A stretch of 64,000 bases of DNA, from NCBI GenBank assembly GCA_963840335.1, contig CAWIYP010000003.1, forward strand, positions 4,760-68,759, written 5' to 3'. Both the position numbers and the translations under genes were made by a program. Under the pieces are notes generated by a model. The model was given only the letters and a program-made list of their open reading frames with translations. It did not search any database and was not told the DNA's origin. This DNA is from an uncultured Chloroflexia bacterium (GTDB lineage: Bacteria; Chloroflexota; Ktedonobacteria; Ktedonobacterales; JADMIN01). Shown piece by piece: positions 8,985 through 18,029 of the stretch; position 1 is the stretch's first letter; every line of letters begins with the position of its first letter.

Positions 8985-9956
8985 CTAGCTCTTTCCGGTG
9001 GCGTTGCGCGCCTTCTCGACGATTTGCGTGAGCTGGCCGCCATACGTGATCTTCTGCACGTCGTCCTGATATTTCAGCAGCGCGCCGAGGGAGTCGGCGA
9101 CGGCGCCTTCCTCCAGCTCCTTCTGCCCCAGCGTGACCAGCGCGCCCAGCCAATCGAGCGTCTCCGCGACACCGGGCGCCTTGAAGAGATCCTCGCTGCG
9201 GAGCAACTGCGCGAAGGCGACCACCTGCCGCGCGAGGATGTCGGGCGCCTCAGGCACGCGCCTGCGGACGATGGCGTATTCCTTCTCCAGCGTGGGATAG
9301 TCAATCCAGTGGTAGAGGCAGCGGCGGCGCAGCGCGTCGTGGATGTCGCGGGTGCGGTTCGAGGTGATGACGACGACGGGCGGCTGCGCGGCGCGCTGCG
9401 TCCCAATCTCTGGAATGGTGATCTGGTAGTCGCTGAGCAGCTCCAGCAGGTATGCCTCGAACTCGGCGTCGGAGCGGTCCAGCTCGTCAATCAGCAGCAC
9501 GGGCGGGCGCTCGTTCGCGGCGTCGAGGGCCTCCAGCAGGGGGCGGCGGATGAGGAAGTCGGGGCCGAAGACATCTTGCAGGCGCGCGGTGTTCGCGCCA
9601 TCGCCTTCGTGTTCGCGGGCTTCGAGCAGGCGGATATAGAGCAACTGGCGGGCGTAGTTCCACTCATAGACCGCGCTGGACTGGTCGATGCCTTCGTAGC
9701 ATTGCAGGCGGATGAGCTTCGTGCCCAGTAACTCCGCCAGCGCGCGCGCGACCTCGGTCTTGCCGACGCCCGGCTCGCCCTCCAGCAGCAGCGGCTTGTG
9801 GCGCTTCAGCGCGAGGAAGATGGCGGTGGCCAGGCCCCGATCAGCGATGTAGTTGATAGCGCCGAGCGCGCTGATGACATCATCCACACTGGCGGGGTCG
9901 AATGGGGCGGTCGCGCTGGCGCTGGTCGCGGGCGCGGTGGAACGCTTATCACTCAC
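8985..9956 (-). CDS. MoxR/CoxD-like AAA+ ATPase
   Basis: Walker A is LLEGEPGVGKTEVARAL; Walker B is VLLIDELDR; there is an AAA_5-like C-terminal part. RBS GGAGGA lies 8 nt before GTG 9956; the track ORF extends to 10013. Confidence 0.9.
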   Translation of the reverse strand: MSDKRSTAPATSASATAPFDPASVDDVISALGAINYIADRGLATAIFLALKRHKPLLLEGEPGVGKTEVARALAELLGTKLIRLQCYEGIDQSSAVYEWNYARQLLYIRLLEAREHEGDGANTARLQDVFGPDFLIRRPLLEALDAANERPPVLLIDELDRSDAEFEAYLLELLSDYQITIPEIGTQRAAQPPVVVITSNRTRDIHDALRRRCLYHWIDYPTLEKEYAIVRRRVPEAPDILARQVVAFAQLLRSEDLFKAPGVAETLDWLGALVTLGQKELEEGAVADSLGALLKYQDDVQKITYGGQLTQIVEKARNATGKS

Positions 9957-10086
9957 GACGATGCTCCTCCGACTCCGGCGGCTACTCAGGAGGCGGGCTT
10001 GCGGCGCACGCATCCACGCGCAGCCGTCTGTGCCAGATATTGTAGCACGCGGTAGCAGGCCATATGCTTCTCCGCTGGCGTGTCGC

Positions 10087-11089
10087 TCAGTCTACGGGCA
10101 ACTCGCTAATCTTCAGGCTGCGGCGTATCTGGCGCTTGCCCAGGCCGAGCGTCCACGAGCCGAAATCCTGCTCGGCGAGACGCGAGCGCGCCATCAGCGC
10201 GGCGCCCACCTGCGGCAGATAGCGCGGCTCGGTGAAGGTGGCGCGCCGGGCCAGCGTGGGGATGCGCGCACGTAGCGGATCGAGCGTCCAGCGTGACTTG
10301 AAGACGCTGCCGACGACCCCGATGGGGAACGTGTCATCCTCCATCCCCAGCATACGGATCATGGCGGCGATGCTCTCGGCGATGTCATCCGCGGCGCGCG
10401 CCAGAATCGCTTGCGCGACTGGATCGCCCGCGTCGGCGGCGTCGGAGACGTGGCGCGCGAAGTCGGCGATGCGCAGCTTGCCCAGCTTGCCGCTATCCGC
10501 CATGCGCCGCATGTCTTCACCGTCCTCCACGCCGTAGCATTCGCCCATCCGGCGGGCCAGGCTGGTCGGGGGGCGCCGCCCATCCAGCATCTTCATGACC
10601 TCATGGATGCCCGCCTCGCCGATGCGATAGCCGCTGCCCGCGTCCCCCAGCACGTAGTCCCAGCCGTCGGTGCGCCAGAACTCGCCGCGCGCGTTCATCC
10701 CCAGCCCCGTCGCGCCTGTCCCGGCGATGGCCACGATGCCCGCCTCGCCGCCTGTCACCGCCGCCCACGCGCCAAGGACATCATTCTCGAAGATCGTCGG
10801 GCCGTGGTAGCCCAGCAGCGCAATCGCCCGCTGTGGCACGGGCAGATCGAGCTCGGTGTCGAAGCCAGCCAGGCAGAGGCAGATCGCGTCCAGTGAGTCG
10901 AGCGTGGCGCCCGCCAGCGGTCAGCGCGGTGGTGATCGCCTCGGCGATGTTGGCGCCGCTCGCTTCCACACCTACGGAGCGATAGTTCGAGGGGCCTGCG
11001 ACGCCAGAGCCAATCACCGCCAGATCATCACCCACAACTGCCGCGGCGGTCTTGGTGCCGCCGCCATCTACGCCGACGACCATTCCCAT
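10087..11089 (-). pseudogene. BadF/BadG/BcrA/BcrD-type ATPase (N-acetylglucosamine-kinase-like), disrupted by one frameshift as sequenced
   Basis: The N-terminal ORF 10781-11089 begins MVVGVDGGGTKTAAAVV...GPSNY. The body is in ORF 10087-10839 (IVAIAGTGATGLG, DYVLGDAGSGYRIG). The conserved segment AGATLDSLDAICLCLAGFDTELDLP is readable only after dropping one G in ggcggg at ~10910-10915. Confidence 0.8.
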
Positions 11090-11093
11090 GACA

Positions 11094-12146
11094 TCACTCC
11101 TCTATGTGAGCCGCCGCAATCGGCGCGTTCCGTTCTGTGGATTGAAAGGCCGCTGTCACGACGCGCGCGATCTCAGCCTCAGCGCCCGCGCCTGTCAGCG
11201 GCGCCGCGTCCGCCTGGGTGGCGGCGCTGGATGGCGCGAGCCAGAGCAGGTATTCGTGGTTGCCGTCGCGTCCGGCGATGGGCGAGGCGATCAGCCCCAG
11301 CGGCGCCAGCGTCGGCCCAGCGCTCGCGGCGTCGGCGGCGTGGCGCGCGGGCCACTCGGCCAGCCACGCCAGCAGCTCACGCAGCACCCGCCGATGCGCC
11401 GCCGGATCGCTGATGATGCCGCGTCCACGGCTGGCCTCGGCGCGCCCCGCCTCGAACTGTGGCTTGACCAGCGCCACCACCCAGGCGTCCGGCGCGAGCA
11501 GCGCCGCCACCGCTGGCAAGACCAGCCGCAGCGAGATGAACGAGACATCAATTACCGCGCAGTTCACCGCTTCAGGCAGCGCCTCCAGACTGCGGATGTT
11601 GACCTGTTCCATCACGACGACGCGCGGGTCTGCCCGCAGTGTCTCGGCAAGCTGCCCGTGTCCGACATCTACAGCGTAGACACGGCGTACGCCGCGCCGC
11701 AAGAGCACATCCGTAAAGCCACCTGTCGAGGCGCCAACATCCACACAGGCGCGGCCAGTGGGACTGAGCGCGAAGGCGTCGAGGGCGGACTCCAGCTTCA
11801 GCCCGCCACGGCTCACGTAGCGCAATTCCGCCGCCGGGCCAGCCAGCGTCACCGTCGCCGTCTCAGCCACCAGCTCCCCCGCCTTCGTGACGACGCGGCC
11901 ATTCACCAGCGCCTCGCCCGCCACGATCAGCGCGCGGGCGCGTTCGCGGCTGGGCGCCAGGCCACGCTGGGTCAGCAGGAGGTCGAGGCGCAGGCGTGCG
12001 GGCTTGCGGCTCGCCTGCGACGCTGGCGCCGGGGTGGGCGTATGTGGCGGTTTGGCGCTCAGGACAGCGCTCCTTCTCTGCGGCGGCGGATAGCGCGCCT
12101 GACATCCGCGTGCACGGCTTGCGCCGCGATGCGTGTTCGCCCACAT
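11094..12146 (-). CDS. tlyA: TlyA-family rRNA 2'-O-methyltransferase (S4 domain plus FtsJ fold); N-terminus uncertain
   Basis: S4-like region RLDLLLTQRGLAPSRERARALIVAGEALVNG. SAM motif VDVGASTGGFTDVLL. Also ALVKPQFE. The Pro-rich N-terminal ~50 aa of the ORF may not be translated. Confidence 0.85.
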   Translation of the reverse strand: MWANTHRGASRARGCQARYPPPQRRSAVLSAKPPHTPTPAPASQASRKPARLRLDLLLTQRGLAPSRERARALIVAGEALVNGRVVTKAGELVAETATVTLAGPAAELRYVSRGGLKLESALDAFALSPTGRACVDVGASTGGFTDVLLRRGVRRVYAVDVGHGQLAETLRADPRVVVMEQVNIRSLEALPEAVNCAVIDVSFISLRLVLPAVAALLAPDAWVVALVKPQFEAGRAEASRGRGIISDPAAHRRVLRELLAWLAEWPARHAADAASAGPTLAPLGLIASPIAGRDGNHEYLLWLAPSSAATQADAAPLTGAGAEAEIARVVTAAFQSTERNAPIAAAHIEE

Positions 12147-12188
12147 TTGACCACATCCACCAGCGCGCCGTAGTGTCGCTCAGGACGG

Positions 12189-12518
12189 CTAGCGGCGAAA
12201 CCAGGTGTCCGATTCGAGCAGCTTCTCCATATCGCCCTCGACGGTGAACATCCCTTCCTGATAGGCCATCAGCGGGTCGTGGTGATAGGCGATGACGCGC
12301 ATCCACACGTCGAAATCGCTCGTCACCGCCACCGTGGGCGCAGGCGCCAGACCTTCCACCACCGTGAGCGCGCCATCCGCGACGACCGCATAGCAGGCTC
12401 CGGTGGCCGATCCGGTGAAGATATATTGCAGCGTGGCGCGCTGGCCCGCTGCCCGCGTCGCATCGAATGAGCGCCGCAGGGCGTCCATATAGTCTTGCAG
12501 TGATTGAATTGGTGGCAT
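12189..12518 (-). CDS. SCP2 sterol-binding-domain protein
   Basis: 109 aa; ends with LMAYQEGMFTVEGDMEKLLES, typical of the SCP2 fold. RBS GAGGAG upstream. Confidence 0.8.
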   Translation of the reverse strand: MPPIQSLQDYMDALRRSFDATRAAGQRATLQYIFTGSATGACYAVVADGALTVVEGLAPAPTVAVTSDFDVWMRVIAYHHDPLMAYQEGMFTVEGDMEKLLESDTWFRR

Positions 12519-12567
12519 AGGCTCCTCGAACGTTTCATGTCAAACACTAGCGACACGCCAGAATGCC

Positions 12568-13977
12568 TCAGGGGACATCCAGGCGCGTGAGATCAGCGAG
12601 TGTCTCGCGGCGACGAATCAGCCGCGCCTCGCCAGCGCGCAGGGCGACGACGGCGGGACGCGGAACGAGATTATACTGGCTGGCCAGCGGCAGGTGATAG
12701 GCCCCGCTGACGGGAATCGCCAGCGTCTCGCCAGCGCGGGCCTGGGGCAGCGGCGCCGCCTCCACGAGCAGATCGCCCGATTCGCAGTAGCGCCCGACGA
12801 TGCGCGCTGTCTCGCTGGGCGGTTCGGTCATGCGGTCGGCCAGGGCGGCGTGGTAGCGCGCGCCGTAGAGCGCGGGGCGTGGGTTATCGCCCATGCCGCC
12901 ATCCACCGCGACGAAGATTACGTTGGGCGTCACCTTGCGCGGGCCGACGGTGTAGAGCGCGACCCCAGCCCGCGCAACAATCGCGCGCCCAGGCTCGACG
13001 ATCAGCCGGGGCGGGGCCAGGCGCAGGCGCTCGCAGGCGGCGCGCAGGGCGTCCGTCACCGCGCGGGCGTAGTCGTCGGGGGCAAGGTCGCGCTGCTCCG
13101 GGGTGTAGGCCACGCCCGCGCCGCCGCCAGGACTCAGCTCCGCCAGCGTCACGCCCAGCGTCGTCTGGAGCGTGGCGGCGAACTCGGCCAGCGTCTGGGC
13201 GACACGCGCGGCGGGGGTGGCGTCGTAGAGGTTGCTGCCCGCGTGGGCATGCAGGCCGCGCAGATCGAGCCAGGGCGAGGCGACGGCGCGGCGGGCCGCC
13301 GCCAGCGCGGCGCCATCAGCCAGGCCGAGGCCAAACTTCGAGTCGGCGTGTCCGGTCTGGATGCTGGCGTGGGTCTCCGTCGCGATATCGGGGTTGACGC
13401 GCAGCCAGAGCGCGACCGGACGCCCGCGCGCCTCGCCCAGCGCCGCCAGCCGGTCAAGCTCATCGAGGCTATCCACGACGACGCGCCCCACACCGCTCGC
13501 GCCAGCCGCCAGCGCGAAGGCCAACTCGGCGTCGGGCTTGAAGGCGCCGTGCAGGTGGATGCGTTCCGCTGGATAGCCCGCGCCGACCGCCAGCCCGACC
13601 TCGCCCGCCGAGACGGCGTCCAGCTCCAGCCCTTCATCCAGCAGCAGCCCGATGAGCATGGGCGAGAGGTAGGCCTTGCCCGCGTAGGCGACAACGCTCT
13701 CCGGCCAGCGCCGCGCGAACGCCTCGCGGAAGGCGCACATCTGCCCGCGCAGGGTCGCCTCATCGTAGACGTAGAGCGGTGAGCCAAATTCGGCGAGCAG
13801 GTCACTGGCGGCGTGGCCATCCAGCAGCAGGCGGCCAGCGGCGTCCACGCGGGCGGTGTCGGGCCAGAGATGGGCATGCGGCGGCGCGCAGCGCGGCGTC
13901 GGGCGTCGCGCTGGCCGCGGACGGGCGCGGTCGGGGCATGGCGCATCTCCTGTCGGGAATCGAACCGGCGCTATCAT
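12568..13977 (-). CDS. lysA: Diaminopimelate decarboxylase; start codon uncertain
   Basis: Motifs FGSPLYVYDE, YAGKAY, HAHAGSN, RYCESGD and SGAYH. Homology starts near GTG 13848 (VDAAGRLLLDGH). An ATG with a good AGGAG RBS at 13947 is in another frame. Confidence 0.9.
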   Translation of the reverse strand: MIAPVRFPTGDAPCPDRARPRPARRPTPRCAPPHAHLWPDTARVDAAGRLLLDGHAASDLLAEFGSPLYVYDEATLRGQMCAFREAFARRWPESVVAYAGKAYLSPMLIGLLLDEGLELDAVSAGEVGLAVGAGYPAERIHLHGAFKPDAELAFALAAGASGVGRVVVDSLDELDRLAALGEARGRPVALWLRVNPDIATETHASIQTGHADSKFGLGLADGAALAAARRAVASPWLDLRGLHAHAGSNLYDATPAARVAQTLAEFAATLQTTLGVTLAELSPGGGAGVAYTPEQRDLAPDDYARAVTDALRAACERLRLAPPRLIVEPGRAIVARAGVALYTVGPRKVTPNVIFVAVDGGMGDNPRPALYGARYHAALADRMTEPPSETARIVGRYCESGDLLVEAAPLPQARAGETLAIPVSGAYHLPLASQYNLVPRPAVVALRAGEARLIRRRETLADLTRLDVP

Positions 13978-14354
13978 ACCATACCGACCATGCGCACAAT
14001 CACCCTGTCCTCCGCGCCATCCATCCAGCCCTCGCGCAGCGGATCAGTCCGCGGATTTCGCGGCTCGATCGGGTATGCGCGCAGCCCCGCGAAAGATGGA
14101 TTGACCGCTAACGCCAGCAGATGCGGTTGGCGCTAGGCCTCAAATATTTGACATAATATACAGTGAGCGATTCGTCGCGATCACGCTCCATGGTAGCCAG
14201 CGCCAGTCCGTGCAATCCGTTGCCTGGAAGTGGTGGTTACGTATCAATGTGGTACCGCTCTTGCAGTGTTTCAAGCGCGATGCTATAGGCCACGAGTAGG
14301 TGACGCCGCGCCAACCCGCTGAGCGCTCGGCGAATCGCGGATTGGGGGAATCTT

Positions 14355-15017
14355 ATGAGTCTGCCAGAACCCCTGCTTGCGGTACTAAGCGACCCTAATG
14401 TCGCCTATATGCTGTTCCTCGTCGCCATCGCTGGCCTGGTCGCTGAGGCCTATCATCCGGGCGTGTTCGTTCCCGGAGTCGTCGGGGCTGTCGCGCTCAT
14501 TCTGGCGTTGGTGGCATTCAGCCTCCTTGCGGTCAACTGGCTGGGCGTGCTCCTTCTGCTGCTGGCCGTCGGGCTGTTCCTCGCTGAGGCGCATACCCCT
14601 GGTATGGGATTGCTGGGTCTCGGTGGCGTTCTGACGTTTATCATCGGCTCGTTGCTGCTCTTCGCGCCGTTTTCGTCGCCCGCGGGGGCAGCGGCGCTGC
14701 GTGTGAGTCCGTGGCTCATAGCAGCCAGCACACTCGGCGTAACAGCATTCTTCCTGCTTCTCATCCGCGCTTCGCTGCGTACACGACGCCTGCCTGTCAC
14801 CATGGGGCCTGAGGCGCTCCTCGGGAAAGAGGGCATCGCGACGTCCGATCTCTCGCCGCGCGGCGCGGTGCGCGTCGATGGCGAAGACTGGAGTGCGATT
14901 GCGGATGTCGAGCCGATCACTAGTGGAGAGCCAGTTGAGGTCATTGGCGTGGAAGGGGTAACGCTCCGTGTGCATCGCCCGCATGAGTGGCGTCTACCGG
15001 AAGCCCCATCCGCCTGA
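14355..15017 (+). CDS. NfeD-family membrane protein with C-terminal OB-fold
   Basis: Four to five TM segments, then a C-terminal region GAVRVDGEDWSAIADVEPITSGEPVEVIGVEGVTLRV. It sits immediately upstream of an SPFH gene, the conserved nfeD-stomatin pairing. Confidence 0.85.
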   Translation: MSLPEPLLAVLSDPNVAYMLFLVAIAGLVAEAYHPGVFVPGVVGAVALILALVAFSLLAVNWLGVLLLLLAVGLFLAEAHTPGMGLLGLGGVLTFIIGSLLLFAPFSSPAGAAALRVSPWLIAASTLGVTAFFLLLIRASLRTRRLPVTMGPEALLGKEGIATSDLSPRGAVRVDGEDWSAIADVEPITSGEPVEVIGVEGVTLRVHRPHEWRLPEAPSA

Positions 15018-15043
15018 TTGACCCTGTGAAGGAGGCGCCGACT

Positions 15044-15988
15044 ATGCCATCCGTTCTCTTCGTGACGCTGATCCTGATCGTCGCTCTGGTAGTCGTGCTG
15101 GCCTGGCTGGCCATTCGCATCGTGCCAGAGTACCAGCGCCTGGTCGTCTTGCGCCTTGGCCGCCTGATCGGCGTGCGCGGGCCAGGTCTGGTGGTGCTCA
15201 TTCCGATCGTCGATCGTGGGATACGAACTGATCTGCGCGAGCGCTTATTTGACGTGACGCCCCAAAACTGTATCACCGCGGATAACGCCACACTGTCCAT
15301 CGACTTCCTGATCTACTCGAAGATCGTGGATCCAGCGTCGAGCGTGATCAACGTGCAGCAGTACGAAAGCGCGTCGCGCGGCATCGCCATCACGACACTG
15401 CGCGCGGTGGTGGGCGATATGTTGCTCGATGATGTGCTTTCCCGACGTGAGGATATCAACAATACCCTGCGCGGCAAACTGGATGAAGTGACCAACCGCT
15501 GGGGCATCAAAGTGACCGCCGTCGAGATTCGCGAGATCATGCCGCCGCGCGAGGTCCAGGAGGCGATGACGCGGCAGATGTCGGCGGAGCGCACACGGCG
15601 CGCGACGATTCTGGAGGCTGACGGCAAGCGCGACGCCGCGGTGCGCGTGGCGGATGGCCAGAAGCAGTCGGCGATTCTGGAGGCTGAAGGCGCGCGGCAG
15701 TCGGCGATTCTGCGCGCGGAGGGCTATGCGCAGGCGCTGGATCAGATCTCCAGCGTCGCCGGGCGCCTCGATAGTAATACGATGAGCCTGCAATATCTGG
15801 AGGCGCTCAAGGCGCTCGGAGCCGCTCCATCGACGAAGTTGGTGGTGCCAGCGGAGTTGACCAATCTGCTACGGCCACTGACCGAGCATGCGGCGAATAC
15901 AGCGAATCTGGCGAATAATGCCAGCGCGGCGCGGGCGGCGGATCTGCCAGCGGCGGCAGGCGCTTCTCCGCTGCGCTCCTCGGTATGA
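15044..15988 (+). CDS. SPFH/band-7 (stomatin/slipin-like) membrane protein
   Basis: N-terminal anchor, then IVPEYQRLVVLRLGRL, VDLRE-type motifs and a Glu/Ala/Arg-rich coiled coil (ILEADGKRDAAVRVADGQKQSAILEAEG). RBS GAAGGAGG before ATG 15044. Confidence 0.9.
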   Translation: MPSVLFVTLILIVALVVVLAWLAIRIVPEYQRLVVLRLGRLIGVRGPGLVVLIPIVDRGIRTDLRERLFDVTPQNCITADNATLSIDFLIYSKIVDPASSVINVQQYESASRGIAITTLRAVVGDMLLDDVLSRREDINNTLRGKLDEVTNRWGIKVTAVEIREIMPPREVQEAMTRQMSAERTRRATILEADGKRDAAVRVADGQKQSAILEAEGARQSAILRAEGYAQALDQISSVAGRLDSNTMSLQYLEALKALGAAPSTKLVVPAELTNLLRPLTEHAANTANLANNASAARAADLPAAAGASPLRSSV

Positions 15989-17396
15989 GGCGAGATCGCT
16001 GGCCCATCGGGTACCCGATGGGCCAGCGTGGGTGTGCCTTCGGTGAGTGCGCAGCTAACCACATCGACACGCCGCCCCGTTGGCTCATCGTCACCGCGAA
16101 GGTCGCGCTGCTTGCGTGAGAAGGCCTGTCGACTGGTAGTACAGTTCCTTGGAAACATGCTCTGTCAGGCCACCCCATTCGATAGTTCCGCCAGTTCCCT
16201 AGCGCGCTCACCGCCGCGCGCAACTGCGTGTCATCGCCCGCATAGTCGTTGATGTGCGTAATCGCCTGGCGGATGAGCTTGAGTGCGCCGTCTGGATCGC
16301 GGCCCTTGGCAAGCTTCAGCGCGCGGAGCTTCGTGCGCTCGGCATGCGCGAGGCCGACCCAGCGCATCGTCTCGGCGTCGCGTGGCTCATCGGCGCAGGC
16401 TTCATCCGAAGCCGAGGTAAAGGTGATTTCCTGCCAGGGGCCAACCTGCTCGCCACGGTCATCAATCCAGAGGACGCGGGCGCGCACGGTGTAGGCGTAG
16501 GCCTTGTCCTGCCGGGGGAAGCTGAAGCGCACGACAACATCGCGCTCCTCACCATTGAGCAGATCGCCAATCTCCACCTGCCAGCGCTCCGCCTTGCGGT
16601 CGTCCTCCGCCAGCCGATAGGCGCTGATCATCTCCGCGGACATCCCTGGCGTGACTGTCACCTCCAGTCGCGTGCGCAGGGCCACGACCGCGAGCAGCTC
16701 ATCGCGCTCGCCCATGAATGTCTTGGCGAGGTCGTCCACGGTGCGCAGGTGGTGGAACTGGCCGCCACCCGCGACCGCCCAGGGGCCAAGCAGATGCTCG
16801 TTGTAGCTGGGGCCAAGGCCAAACGCGCTGGTACCGACGCCCGCGTTCTCGCGCACACCCGCCGCCTGCGAGGCGATAGTCTCGACATCGGTCTCGCCGA
16901 CATTCGCCAGCCCATCGGTGAGCAGATAGCAGCGCGCCAGGCGGGCCGCTTGCAGGTCGTCGCTGGCGAGCATCTTGCAGCTCGTGAGCCATGCCTCGTG
17001 CAGCGCCGTGGAGCCGCGCGCCTCGACTCCTGCCAGCGCCTGTCGTACCCGCGCTTTCACGGCGGGCGTCATGGTGGCCAGCTCTTGCAGCGTCTCGATC
17101 TTGTCGTCGAAGATGACGACCGCCGCTTCATCCTGCTCCGTCAGGCTATCAATCAGCGAGAGCGCCACCTGCTTCGCCATGCGCAGTGGCTCGCCGCTCA
17201 TCGAGCCGCTGCGGTCGAGGGTCAGCGCCAGCGCCAGCGGACGCCGCGCGATGGGCGCCGCTGTCTCGACCATGTTGGCGCGGATGCCGAAGACTGTGTG
17301 GCGGCGGCTCCCCGTCGGGCGTAGCAGCGTCTTCTCCTGTCGTACCGTGAGGTCTACCATCGCCCGTGGCGACTGGCGGTCATCTGTGTCAGCCAT
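15807..17396 (-). CDS. vWA domain protein with an uncharacterised C-terminal domain; the last ~120 aa of the ORF are probably a frameshift artefact (likely true stop at 16165)
   Basis: MIDAS motif LTLDRSGSMSGEPL. vWA fold through ~aa 220, then a beta-rich and helical region. After ...QLRAAVSALG the ORF turns W/R/P-rich, overlaps the SPFH gene by 182 nt and crosses the 30-nt palindrome. Adding one G in the ggg run near 16200 gives ...ALGELAELSNGVA-stop. RBS GGGAG before ATG 17396. Confidence 0.8.
   Translation of the reverse strand: MADTDDRQSPRAMVDLTVRQEKTLLRPTGSRRHTVFGIRANMVETAAPIARRPLALALTLDRSGSMSGEPLRMAKQVALSLIDSLTEQDEAAVVIFDDKIETLQELATMTPAVKARVRQALAGVEARGSTALHEAWLTSCKMLASDDLQAARLARCYLLTDGLANVGETDVETIASQAAGVRENAGVGTSAFGLGPSYNEHLLGPWAVAGGGQFHHLRTVDDLAKTFMGERDELLAVVALRTRLEVTVTPGMSAEMISAYRLAEDDRKAERWQVEIGDLLNGEERDVVVRFSFPRQDKAYAYTVRARVLWIDDRGEQVGPWQEITFTSASDEACADEPRDAETMRWVGLAHAERTKLRALKLAKGRDPDGALKLIRQAITHINDYAGDDTQLRAAVSALGNWRNYRMGWPDRACFQGTVLPVDRPSHASSATFAVTMSQRGGVSMWLAAHSPKAHPRWPIGYPMGQRSRLIPRSAAEKRLPPLADPPPAPRWHYSPDSLYSPHARSVAVADWSTPLAPPTSSMERLRAP
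15998..16027. terminator. Perfect 30-nt palindrome between the convergent SPFH and vWA genes (candidate bidirectional terminator)
   Basis: GCTGGCCCATCGGGTACCCGATGGGCCAGC is its own reverse complement. It starts 10 nt after the SPFH stop codon. There is no clear U-tract. Confidence 0.55.
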
Positions 17397-17435
17397 GTCT
17401 TCACTCCCTGGCGCCACGCCTGGGCGCCGTTCCAC

Positions 17436-18023
17436 TCACTGACGATGCAATTCCTCGTCGCTGACCTGTCGTAATCGCTCTATCAAGCGCTTGTAGCGTT
17501 TCTCCGCCGCCGTCTGGATGTGCAGCTCCACGCCAGGAGCCAGCTCCACCCGCCGCCATGCGCTGGTCTGGCCACCCGACCCACCCTGCCCCAGCGGACC
17601 ACTGCGCGCGTAGCTGGCCTGCGTCATCCCTGGCGATGGCGAGGCGGGCTCCGGAGGGGATGGCTTGTGCGGCGTGCGCGCCTGGTCGAGCAACGCGGCG
17701 ATATAGTCTTTGGGTGAGACAGCCCGTTCGGCGCGCTCCAGCGCCTGTGAGCGCGCGTCCTCCTCCGCGAGCAGCGCGCGAATCTCGTCCGGCGTCACCC
17801 GCGCCATGACCTCGCGAATCTCCGCCAGCGGAGCGCGCCGCTCCGTCAGGCGGCGAATCAGCCGCAGCCGCAGCAGATGCTCCTCGGTATAGCTCGCGCC
17901 TTTGCCCCGCGAGCCAGGGCCGGGCAGCAAATCCTCCGCGATGTAGTAGCGCACGGTGCGCACGGGCGTCTGGGTCTGCTCGGAGAGTTCTTCGATGGTC
18001 AGGCTGATCTCGTCTTGGTCCAT
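17436..18023 (-). CDS. MerR-family transcriptional regulator with a long C-terminal extension
   Basis: HTH region LTIEELSEQTQTPVRTVRYYIAEDLL, followed by a coiled dimerisation helix. ATG 18023 is preferred over the track's TTG start at 18044 because of the promoter geometry. Confidence 0.85.
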   Translation of the reverse strand: MDQDEISLTIEELSEQTQTPVRTVRYYIAEDLLPGPGSRGKGASYTEEHLLRLRLIRRLTERRAPLAEIREVMARVTPDEIRALLAEEDARSQALERAERAVSPKDYIAALLDQARTPHKPSPPEPASPSPGMTQASYARSGPLGQGGSGGQTSAWRRVELAPGVELHIQTAAEKRYKRLIERLRQVSDEELHRQ

Positions 18024-18029
18024 GTGAAG

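Noticed and set aside
13940-13977. The tRNA-like T-loop string GGTTCGATTCC on the minus strand just upstream of lysA.
   Set aside because: The flanking bases do not form a 5-bp T stem. No acceptor, D or anticodon arms can be drawn in the preceding ~70 nt.
13978-14354. A possible lysine riboswitch (L-box) in the 377-bp gap upstream of lysA.
   Set aside because: I could not find the conserved L-box core strings or the five-helix junction by eye. A covariance-model search (Rfam RF00168) would be needed, and I expect a negative result.
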